A DNA stretch of 64,000 nucleotides from Mobula hypostoma (taxonomy: Eukaryota): contig NC_086097.1 of the NCBI RefSeq assembly GCF_963921235.1, positions 36,768,001 to 36,832,000 on the forward strand, given 5' to 3'. Position 1 is the stretch's first letter, and every line of letters begins with the position of its first letter. This document shows, piece by piece, positions 26,788 to 37,366 of this stretch. A program made the translations under genes and the position numbers. The notes beneath the pieces were generated by a model that ran no database searches, was not told the origin of the DNA, and worked only from the letters and a program-made list of their open reading frames with translations.

Positions 26788-27298
26788 CTAGTTTAAATCC
26801 ATTGGAGCCTCTCTAGCAAACCTACCTGCAAGAATATTTGTCCCCCTCCAGTTCAGATGTAGACCATCTCGCCGGAACAGGTCCCATCTTCCCTGGAAAA
26901 CTGCCCAATTATCTATAAATCTGAAGCCCTCCCTCCTGCACCATGTCTTCAGCCATGTGTTGATCTGCACTATCTTACTATTTCTAAACCCGCCTGCATG
27001 TGGCACTGGTAGCAATCCTGAGATTGCCATCCTGGAGGTCCTGTCCTTTAACTTGGCGCCTAACTCCCTGAACTCACCTTTCAGGACCTCCTCATTCTTC
27101 CTACACACGTCATTGGTCCCTACATGGACCACGACATCTGGCTGCTCACCCTCCCTCTTGAAATACTGAGAACTCGATCTGAGATATCGTGGTCCTTGGC
27201 ACCAGGGAGGCAACAGACTATCCGGGATTCTCCATCTCTTCCACAGAACCTCTTATCTGTCCCCCTAACTATCGAATCCCCTATCACTACTGCTCTTG
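26788..27298 (-). pseudogene. CR1 ORF1 SGNH/GDSL esterase domain remnant
   Basis: AVVIGDSIVRG, CCLPGA, VVVHVGTND, RDGLHLN: the SGNH blocks typical of CR1 ORF1. Confidence 0.9.
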
Positions 27299-27788
27299 TA
27301 CCATTGATATAAACAGGAGCATGTGCACTGTCACTCTTCCTATTCAATGACCAGCTCTTTCGATTTTCTGACACTGAGGGAAAGGTTGTTGACATGATTC
27401 CATGTCAATAAGCTTTTTATCCTCTTCCTGTACTTTGGCTCATTAATATTTGACATTTGGCCCTCTATGGGGTATATTATGTAAACTTGCAGTTGGAGTT
27501 AGAGCAGATTTTCTACACAGTCATGGGTGTATTATAATTAGGGCAGGTGGCTGAGGCCACAGCCTTGTGGAGTAACAATGATCACTATTTTTGACAGTAT
27601 TGTAATTTCATATTAATTCCCCTGCTAATTTGGTGGGATTTGAACTCATATCTCTAGAATAGTAGTTCAGATTTATAGATTATTAGTCTTCTACCTCTAA
27701 AACATTTACAATAGAATCTAAAACATTTTATTTTCTTTTATACAAGGATTTTTCCCTCTATTGTTGATTGGCTAGGAAATAGTACTAC

Positions 27789-28209
27789 TGTCACACCTTG
27801 AATTGGCCACCAGAGGGAGGCAGAGATGACAAGACCAACCCCTTCCCACTCACCTGCCTATTAGACTAATTATTAGTTCATTGTTATCACCTGCACCTTC
27901 TTTGTAACTCTATATAAGTTCCTTGTTTCTTTGCTCAGTCTTGGAATAATCTTTTGTAAGTGAAGTCTTTGTTTTGTAAGTCTTTGTTTGGAGGAATTTA
28001 TAATTTCTGAAACTCCAGCTAATGTTTTTGGATTTTGATGTTGCCTGAGTTTATTTTTGACCCTCTGCTTGTGTCTTGCCTGAGGAATCCAGTAAGGCCT
28101 TGTTGGATTGCTTCTTCAAATTTTACATGATTTTTCTCTGCAACTGGGTTCACCACTATTCAGTGGGAGGGAAATTAAAGCTGAAGAAGTTACCTACTCA
28201 GCTGTGACA
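27789..28209 (+). mobile_element. Solo LTR (421 bp) with perfect 5-bp TSD
   Basis: actac|TGTCACA...TGTGACA|actac; TATA-like tatataag at 27911; CTCF-like motif near the 5' end. Confidence 0.88.
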
Positions 28210-29009
28210 ACTACAGGTGACTGCTTGAAGCATTGCTGGGTTACAAAAAAAAAATCCATGAAAGGATTTATTGTTGTATTATTGTATTTTTTCCCTGAGT
28301 CTATACTTACAATAAGGAAAATAGCAAATGCCAGTTCATTTAATTAGTCAGTATTGCAAATGTTGAAATATAATTTAAAGTAACCCCCATAATCATTGAG
28401 TATAATTATCAGAACACCAGCAAAAGAGAGAAGGAAGAATAACAATTTAAATTGCCATGAATCATGTATTTTTAGACTTGCCACAAGGAATTATTATGAT
28501 TATACCCAGGGATAAAACTGTGGAAGTTAAACGACCATCTGGAGGAGCAAACTGCTCTATTTTAACACCCTGTGATAGATTTGCTTTTACTAAATTAAAC
28601 TTTGATAATGTAACTTTATTGCAGTTATATTTAAAATAATGTGCACAAAACCAATAACACTAACACAACAATTTACAATAGAATCTAAAATATTCTATTT
28701 TCTTTTATACAAGGATTTTTCCCTCAAACCATACAGAAGTAAATTACTATAATTAGCTTTGCTTTTCACCTGCAAGGCAAAAGTTTGGCAAGAATACTAC
28801 TCTTTCCCCATTGGCTAGTGGCCTTCATTGGCAATATGAGTGTAAAAGTCAGATAGCAACATGATCAGGGGCAGCTAAGATGCTGCCCTTATCCTGATAA
28901 GACTTGACCTTTACCTAGTCCGTCCATTCATTCTCCTTCAGAAAATGATTAACTAAATGTGTGAGGTTAGAAGATTGGATCATGGAGAAACTGCTCATAT
29001 GAGAATCAT

Positions 29010-29337
29010 AAACACAAGAGATTCTGCAGATGCTGGAAATCCAGAGTAACAGATGCAAAATGTTGGAAGAGCTCAGCAAGATGGGAGAGGATCAGTGGAT
29101 CAGATCCTCTCCTATCAGATTCTTCCTTCTTCAGCTTTTTCACCAATCACCTCCCAACTTTTCATTTCATCCTCCTCACCCACACACCTTCTCCCTCACC
29201 TGCCTGTTTGTACTCATTCTCTTTCCCCCCTTCCTTTCCAGTCCTGATGAAGGGTCAGAGCTCAAAATGTCAAATGTTTATTCCTCTCTGTAGATGCTGC
29301 CTGACCAGTTGAGTTCCTCCAGCATTTTGTGTGTGTT
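29010..29337. mobile_element. Penelope terminal repeats in inverted arrangement (older copy)
   Basis: Left aaaatgttggaagagctcagca is complementary to right tgagttcctccagcatttt; degenerate hammerhead agtcctgatgaagggtc at about 29240. Confidence 0.75.
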
Positions 29338-29412
29338 CCTGCTGTACAGTTGACTGTAAGCTGTGTTTATACTGGACCTTTAATGTAGCAAAGCATTCCC
29401 TAATGACTCATG

Positions 29413-29610
29413 AGGGAGACACAGTGGTATGGATGGTAGAGCTGTTACTTAAAAGCACCAGCAAACAAGATTAAGTTCTAATGTCAGGTATTACTTGTGT
29501 GGAGTACATGTTTCCTCCAGGTGCATCTGATTCCTCCTATATCTCAAAAACATGTGATTTGTAAGTAAATTGGCTACTGTGGTTGCTCCTAGTACATAGG
29601 TAAGTGCTAG
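29413..29610 (+). mobile_element. Degenerate tRNA-derived V-SINE
   Basis: tRNA-like head, tgtgtggag..ttcctccaggtgc..ttcctcc..aaacatgtg V-domain pattern. Confidence 0.55.
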
Positions 29611-30029
29611 AGTCTTCGAGTCAGTGCAGAGTGATGGGAATGTGCGATCCACTGAGGTTGGATGGGACTACAACTCCAAGACATGGGTTAAGGGTGAAAG
29701 GTGAAAAGTTTAAAGGGAACATGAGGGGAAACTTCTTCACTTAGCAGCACCTGCTCTTGAGTCAGAGACAAGTTGGGTGATGTTACAGAGATGTAAGTGG
29801 ATAAGTTTGGTGGTGGATCAAATATATGTTTAATGGTTCAGCTCAGCATCAAATATGATACCAATGTTTAGTGCAGCTTAGTTCGTTGTCATAGTTGCCA
29901 AGGAGAGGATGGAGAACTAAGTTTTGATAAGGAGCAAAGTCAAATCCTTCTTCTGTTTCTAGATCTTGCAGGAAATTTCTATTCTTCAACAATTCGATGG
30001 TTCCTTCAACAAACTGGAAAGAAGAGTAA

Positions 30030-31285
30030 CCATGGCAGAAAGGGAAGGAGGAGGGGCACCAAGGGTGATAGGAAGGTGAGGAGAAGAGCTAAGAGGCCAG
30101 AATGGAGAATTGAAGCTGAGGGAAGTAGGAATGGGAAAATAAAATTACAGGAAGTTGGAGAAATCAATGTTCACGCCATCAGGTTGGGGGCTATTTGGAT
30201 GGAATATGAGGTGTTGTTCCTCCAACCTGAGGGTGGCCTCATCATGGTACAGGAGGAGGCCACGGACCAACATGTTGGAACAGGAACAGGGAGTGGAATT
30301 AACATGGTTGGCTACCAGGAAACCCTGCTTGTTGATCGGAGGTGCTCGACAAAGTGCTCCCCCAAACAACATCGGATCTCACGAATGTAGCGGAGGCTGT
30401 ATTAGGAGCAACAGATACAGTAGACTACCCCAACATATTCACCGTTGAAGTGTTGCCTCACCTGGAAGGACTGTTTGGGGCCCTGAATGTTGGTGAGGGA
30501 GGAGGTGAATGGGCAGGTGTAGCACTTCTGCTGCTTGCAGGAGGGAAATCAGTGGGAATGGATGAATGGATAAGGAAATTACAGAGGGAGCGATCCCTGT
30601 GAAAAGTAGAGAATGGGGGGGGGGGGGGAATGAAGTAAAGATGTGTTTGGTTGTAGGGTCCCGTTGAAGATAGTGGAAGTTGTGGAGAATGATGTGCTGA
30701 ATGCAGAGGCTCAAAGGATGGTAAGTGAAGACAAGAGGAACGCTATCTCTCTATCCCTGTTCAGGTGATGCGAAGACGGGGTGAGCGCAGATGTCTGGGA
30801 AATGGAGGAGATACAGTTGGAGACAGCATCAATGATGGAAGAAGGGAATCCCTGTTCTTTGAAGAAAGATATCTTGGATTTCCTTGAACGGAAAACCTCA
30901 CTCTAGGAACTTACGCGGCAAAGACAAAGGAACTGAGAAAAGTGAATGTTATTTTTTACAGGAGAAAGGGTGGGAAGAGTTAAAGTAAAGATAAACGTGT
31001 GAATCGGTAGGTTTATAAAAGATGTCAGTAGACAGTTGGTCTCCAGAGATGGAGACAGAGTGTTCAAGAAAGGGGAGAGAAGTGTCAGAAATGGAACAAG
31101 TGAATTTAAAAGTAGGGTGGAAGTTGGAGGCAAAGTTGATGAAATTGACGCGCTCAGTGTGGATGCCCATGGCAACACCTTGAGTTTGGAGAAAGAGGGA
31201 GATAATGTTGAGGGTGAGAACCAGTTCTACCAGACAGAGGAGGGTGGCGGTGGAGGGAAATTGGTCAGGCCTGTTGTTGCACCTG
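30030..31285 (-). mobile_element. Penelope-like element fragment (same family as 10393-12595)
   Basis: FLQTQGVAMG..FINFASNFHPTFKFTCSIS..LPFLE..TDIFYKPTDSH. Confidence 0.88.
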
Positions 31286-32029
31286 ACATTAAGATTTTGG
31301 AGAATAAAGGGCAATAAACACTGGAGTTTATAGTGTGAGGCTGGGAAAAGAATCGCAGATAAAAAAACAAATGCACAACTTTAACCTACATCTGAAATTT
31401 GTTGTTTACACTCTCTCTAATCTTCTATCAATCAAATAAAAACATGGTTTAAGGCTCTGATATAACATGGAAAGAGCTACACATGACGAATGTGATTCAA
31501 AATCAAACCACCATTTAAACTGAGTGTGCCCATTACTCAGTTCTATTGCCAGGAATAGAATATACAGAAACAAACACAGCATTTTGTCAGACAGTAGATG
31601 GTCTTGGGACACAAACCTCCAAGATTTAGTTAATTTTCTAGTATTTTGAAATCTACAGCAATTCTGACTTTCAAACCTAGAATAACTTAAGCCGAAAGGG
31701 TTATTGCAAATGAAAATAAAATCGCCCAAATATCATTTATTTACAGGATGGGGGGGGGGAGAAGGAAGAGGGGGAAATCAGGAAAATGCTATTGGAAAAG
31801 ACTTAGATAAGGTAAATGGGAAACAAAGGAGAGAGTAAAATAAAGTAAAAGATGTTTGTGAAAATGAAGTATATAATAGAAATAGGGAGAAGCAGAGGGA
31901 AACATAGAAAGGAAACATATTTGAGGGAATATTGTTCTATGTAGGTATTAGATAAATATTCTTGAGAGTGTGAAATTAACACAAAAGGAAAAAGAATGAG
32001 AGAGGGTAGAAAATTCTGTTCATTTTAGC

Positions 32030-32735
32030 CCAGACGTTTCGATTGACAGTGATGCCTGGTTTATTTAGCCCGATCATTAGAGCACTGCTCAGCTGAGCGG
32101 CTGTGATGTGATAGAAATACTGTCCACTTCAACATATCCAAAATCAAAACGGCATGAACTTCACGGGGCGGGGAGACGGCAGGAAAACAAATTAGGCAAA
32201 AACTACAAAAGGTAAAAACACTTTACAATCGCATTATTATTTTACGACTTCTTTTGCTAAAAATCTAATCGCAGTCAGGATGAAATTCTTGCATTTTAAC
32301 TCCGAAGCTTCCAATATATCCAGTCCAGCCTTACAATGTGGTGAATTTTCCACAGCTGGTTGATATTTAGCTTAAACCCAGAAAACCACTGAAAATGTCA
32401 AATTCAGTACTTGCAATCAAATTTCATTATTGATGCTCTTCCTCTTTTGCAGTCCCGCTCAGTGACTGAATGTCGTGAGTTATTGAGTTTCAGTTGATAT
32501 ATCGATCTATATTTAGTCTTATTTTAGCAATAACTGGCCGCACGGACCTTATCCTGAAGGCCGCCATCTGTTTTTTGTACAACACAACCACCCATCGAGC
32601 CACGGGAGATCCCCTGTCGCTGCCAGGCAACCAGTTTTATTGATTTTTTTTCCCTCGCAACCCTTTAAAGAGATGAAAGTTCTTAAAAACTTTTTGATGG
32701 TCTGTGTTAATGAGCCAAGCAGCTGTCGGGTGAGT
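32030..32735. promoter_or_regulatory. Small CpG-enriched promoter/enhancer-like island
   Basis: GC box ggggcgggg 32165-32173, YY1-like gccgccatct 32560-32569, RFX X-box-like gctgcc-a-ggcaac 32619-32631, candidate splice sites; apparently non-repetitive. Confidence 0.4.
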
Positions 32736-33033
32736 GAAGGTCACTCTGAAATGAATTACTCCAGGGCAGTACACCTAAAAGTTGTACTGGTATGGTGTGG
32801 CGATTAGTAGGTGATGACAAGCCCTCAGAGTAATCGCGTAAGAATGCACAGTGTAACTATGAATCTCACAGGGAGTGATAATACAGTTAATAGTCGATAG
32901 GGAGCTCACTGATGTCTTTGTATCAGTGGAGTCAATTCAGACAGAGCTTCTGTTAACCCCTTCACTCAAATAAGACAGAACTGCAAGCTGTCAGTGCAGT
33001 AGATGTATATATATTCTTCCAAGAAACACAGTA

Positions 33034-33125
33034 GACTTGCATGTATATGGCAGTTTTAATGACCTCCCCAAGCACTTCACGGCTAATCAAGTAATCTTAT
33101 ATTGGAGCCATTGTAATGTAGGAAA
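33034..33125 (-). mobile_element. L2/Deu-SINE 3' tail fragment
   Basis: gacttgcatgtatatggc..ccaagcacttcac..ttgtaatgtaggaaa resembles the reverse complement of that tail. Confidence 0.5.
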
Positions 33126-34577
33126 TCTTCAAGGGGTTAGTACATTTTGTTTACCTAGTCTGCTAATTTTTTTTTCCTTTTGAGAGTGGAATACAAGACA
33201 AATGTACCCAGAAATTGGATTTCATTTATTTGTGGGGTGTGGATTTCAAATATTACATTAAGTGCTTTTTGCAAAATAGGAGTGAAATTGGCCATAAAGA
33301 CATCTGGAAGTCAAGATTGGTGGCGTTCTGCTGGAGCTCGCCCTGGGTGGATCTCTCGTCCTCCTGCCGCTCTTCAGCTTGTGCCTCGTGTCCTTCGGGC
33401 TCTGGGTCTCCAGGCTTTCTTCCCCTGGGAGCAGATACCGTTTCTGGATCACTGGGTTTCACAGGAGGCAGCACACAAGGACGAGGTCTCTGCACCTGCA
33501 GAGTATCTGAGAGTTGTAGCCACTCCTTCAGAAGGCCAGGGATGTTTCTCACAGAGATTCCAGTTCTTACATGGCATTCAGGAAACAGGGGATGATTGTT
33601 CCCAAGGATCCTTGTATCCAGTCATGGATACAATGACTGGCAATATAGAGACTTCTGACACTGGAATCTGGTGTATAAAAACCCCAGGAACACAATGGGT
33701 CGGGCAGCATCTGTGGCAGCAAAAGATTGTCAATGTTTTAGGTCAATACTGTGTTTCAGGATGTCAACCAGAGCTTTGCCCCCACAGATGTTGCTTGAAA
33801 ATGACTGGCAGCTCATTGGTGCATCTTGGAAACATGGGAACAAGATCTCCTGATAATCCATAACGATGGAAGGCAAAACCTTTTCATATGAGGATAAGGA
33901 TATTAGTGGTAGAAGTCTTCACAAGCCTGTGACTGCCAGCACTCTGAGAAGCTAGCAGCTGTGGGGATGACACCTGTTGCTTGGTGAAATTGAAGGACGT
34001 GGCATTGTTTCTTCAGGAGCATGGAGTTTTGCAGACCTCTCCGATTCTTCATCGGAACTGGAAAAGTGAGATACCGAACGTGTTTTCAGTTGAGAAGAGG
34101 GGAAGGTGGAGAGAACAAAGAGAATTTCTGTGAAAGTGTGCAGACCGAAGTTGTCAAGGTAACCAGCACTTTAAAAAGCTGCAGCAAGAGACAGATATGA
34201 AAAATGAGTTAAAGTGTGCCTAGGAGTAGCTGGTATAGGAAGAACAGAAGACTGTCTGAAAATCTTTCAGAAGATGCCTGTTTTGCTGGTCAACAAGGTA
34301 TCCTCAAAATAAGAAGTGACACATGTCCTGTCTGGCCATTCTGGGGTCTACTGCCTGATTTGGTGCACAGCAGGAATTCTGCTTTTATTTTAATTTTTTA
34401 AAATAACATGTGGTTCCACTGACCACAAACTTTCATATATTAATTAACACCCACCCCAACTTTGAAATCCATACAAACTCACCGCATACTTCAGGTATCC
34501 CACCAATTAAAGCAGTGGTAAGAAATTCAAGTTAGGATTAGTAAACTGTGGGCACTGAAACATTACCATATCTTGGC

Positions 34578-36500
34578 AAAGGTCACCAGGATCCTGGCAA
34601 GCTATTTTGAGGGGATTCACCTAAGGCTCAGCGTGCAGGACTACGTAACAACATGGCAGTGAGTAGAGAAGGGTATTGTGACTGGCTGCACTATATCAGT
34701 AGTCCTCTTCATCATGGCCATGAATCTACTTATAGAGGCTGGGAAAAGAGAGACCAGAGGGCCAAAGACAAGAACTCATATCAGACAGCCACCGAGCAGA
34801 GGATTTATGGAACTTTACAATTACAACCACAACACATATCCAGGCCAATTCCCGGGCAATGGACGAGACAGCCACATGGGCGCGAATGAAATTTAAACCT
34901 GCCAAATCAAGGTGTTTGGTGATAAAGAAAGGCCAACTTACCCAGAAGTTTGCCTTGAAGATCCAGGATGAAGAAATCCTGTCTATCCTAGGAAACCCCA
35001 TCAAGTGCCGAGGGAAATGGTATGATGACAGCCTGAAGGATGTCAACAACAGCAGACGCCTGGAGCAACAAACAACAGAAAGGCTGGTAAAGATCGACAA
35101 ATCAGGTTTACCAGGAAAGTTTAAGGCTTGGATCTTCCAACATGGGCTCTTACCCAGGCTAATGTGGCCAATGATGCTGTATGACATTGCCTTGACAACG
35201 ATTGAGGGCATAGAGAGAAAGATAAACCGGTAGCAGAGAAGGTGGTTAGGAGTACCGTAGTGCTTCTCTTCAACTGGGCTATACAGCAAGTCAGCCAAGC
35301 TCCAGTTGCCCCTCTCCTCGGTTGTAGAGGAATTTAAGGCAGGGAAATCACGCCTCATCCTGTCTCTCAAAGACTCCAAGGACGACAAGGTCAGTGAAGC
35401 AGGAGTCAAGATACAGACCGGGAGCAAATGGAAGGCAGCAGAGGTGGTAGAAGAAGCAGAGTCCCGACTTTGCCACAGAGATTGTCAGAATAGTGTGTAA
35501 GGGCAGACAAGGCCCAGGATGTGAGTCAACAACCAGGTGGAGGAGGCCAACCCTAAGGACAGACGGCACTTGGTCCAGCAGGAGATAAGGAAGAAAGAGG
35601 AGGAGGCTAGATCTGTGCGAGCCGTGGAGATGGGGAGTCAAGGGACCTGGACAAAGTGGGAAACAGAACAGAAAGTGTTGACATGGGATGACATATGGAA
35701 ATATACATCCTTCCAACTCCAGTTCTTACTGAGGGCTGTGTACGATGTATTACCAACTCCAACAAATCTGCGGAACGGGGGAATAACAGAAGACCCAATG
35801 TGCCATCTGTGCCAGAAACCAGCCAACCTAGAGCATACTCTTTCTTCATGCCAGGTTGCCCTTTCCCAGGGATGTTACAGATGGAGACACGACCAGGTTT
35901 TGAGAGCACTTGGTCACACTTTGGAGACAGAGAGGAAAAAGGACCACAAGAAGGACAGCCAACCAAATTTCATCAACTTCATCAGGACCGGGGAACATGC
36001 TGCAGCAACAAACAAGCGTAGAGACGGTATCCTGAGCATGGCAAAGGACTGGAAGATGAAGGTCGATCTTGGAAAGAAGCTGGTGTTCCCACCAATAGTA
36101 GAGACCACACTTCAACCAGATGTTCTACTATTGTTTGGGAGACCCGATGCCAAGAGACTCACGAAAGGAAGCTTGCAAGGTACAAAGACCTGGTGGCGGA
36201 CTGCAGGCGGCAAGGCTGGCAGACGTGGAACTTCCCTGTCGAAGTGGGGGCAAGAGGATTTTCCGCCATGCCATGCTGGAAGGTGATGGTAGCTTTAAGG
36301 ATACAAGGGAGAACCAGGACAAGAGCCGTTAACACCATGGCCCAGGCAGCAGAGAGAGCGTCCAGTTGGCTTTGGCTGTGAAGGGACGACAGTAGCTGGA
36401 TGTCTGACCGTCAGGGGTAGAAGACTGATCACCTTCTGCTGTCCCACCATCCCGAGGATGTTCCGGGTTAGGGGATGAAACATCTGAAGACGGATGGACC
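34578..36500 (+). mobile_element. HERO-clade non-LTR retrotransposon (RT + zinc knuckle + partly deleted restriction-like endonuclease), 5'-truncated
   Basis: TGCTISVVLFIMAMN, WARMKFKPAKSRCLV, SGLPGKFKAWIFQHGLLPRLMWP, FLLRAVYDVLPTPTNL, CHLC..LEHTLSSC..YRWRHDQVL, ETTLQPD. Confidence 0.85.
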
Positions 36501-36619
36501 CGGCTGATGACTCGATGGTCCAGCTGCAGAAACGTCACAGCTGTTTAAGGTAATGGAATAGTGGGCATTCTACGTTGGTACCAGAAGCACAGTGACACTT
36601 GTTGGCTCCCTCTACATTA

Positions 36620-36700
36620 CAGGGGTTCCTAACCTGGAGTCCATGGATTCCTCGTTATTGGTAAGACTCCGTAGCACAAAAAAATAGTTGGGAATCCCTG
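36620..36700. mobile_element. hAT MITE copy 3
   Basis: caggggttcctaac...gttgggaatccctg followed by ctctagaa. Confidence 0.75.
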
Positions 36701-36754
36701 CTCTAGAACATCCTCGGACTCTGTTGGTATTTGACGCAAACAGCACATTTAACT

Positions 36755-36962
36755 GTGCCTATCACCTCCCTGCTTCCCCTTACTGGTTTTTCACCTGGAA
36801 CCTACCAGCCTTCTCCTTCCCACCCTCCCCCCACCCTCTTTATAGGGCCTCTGCCCCTTCCCTCTATAGTCCTGACGAAGGGTTCTGGCCCGAAACGTTG
36901 ACTGACCGTTTCCACAGATGCTGCCTGACCTGCGGAGTTCCCCCAGCGTGTTGTGAGTGTTG
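36755..36962 (+). mobile_element. Penelope terminal repeat fragment
   Basis: Homologous to the PLE ends elsewhere in the window (cagatgctgcctgacctgc.gagttc.ccagc). Confidence 0.8.
36868..36903 (+). ncRNA. Minimal hammerhead ribozyme motif (GUU site)
   Basis: AGUC-CUGACGA-A-GGGU-ucug-GCCC-GAAA-CGUU-GACU. Confidence 0.6.
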
Positions 36963-37021
36963 CACATTTAACTGGATGTTTCGATGTTTTGATGTACACG
37001 TGATAAATAAAGCTAATCTTT

Positions 37022-37365
37022 AGGTGTACAAGATGATGGAGGCATTGATCATGTGGATAGCCAGAGGCTTTTTCCCAAGGCTGAAATGGCTAGCATGAGA
37101 GGGCAGAGTTTTAAGGTGCTTGGACGTAGGTACAGAGGGGATATCAGGGGTAAATTTTTCCACACAGGAGAGTGGTGGGTGTGTGGAATGCACTGCCAGT
37201 GACAGTGGTGGAGGCGGATACAATGGGGTCTTTAATAGGTACATGGAGCTTAGAAAAATAGGCTATGCGGTACGGTTTCTAGAGTGGGTTACATGGTCGG
37301 CATAACATTGTGGGTCGAAGGGTCTGTAATGTGCTGTGGATGTCTTTGTTCTATGTTCTATGTTT
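37022..37365 (+). mobile_element. CR1 3' fragment
   Basis: YKMM..ID.VD..LFP-like coding end, then gggtcgaagggtctgtaatgtgctg and (TTCTATG)n tail. Confidence 0.8.
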
Positions 37366-37366
37366 T

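Larger units (their letters stand above)
23546..27298 (-). mobile_element. Relatively young CR1 LINE, 5'-truncated within ORF1
   Basis: Long intact ORF2 stretches; 3' tail of (ATGGTTAT)-like repeats at 23546-23570. Confidence 0.96.
23400..27590 (-). mobile_element. Old Rex1/Babar-type LINE fragment (about 23400-23545 and 27299-27590) split by a younger CR1
   Basis: HAPVYINGT on one side joins EVKAFDSFKFLG on the other; junctions gtaaccat / gtaccat resemble a TSD. Confidence 0.7.

Noticed and set aside
33180..33863. 227-aa plus-strand ORF
   Set aside because: Non-ATG start, no recognisable homology; codon pattern and poly(A) signal favour the minus strand if anything.
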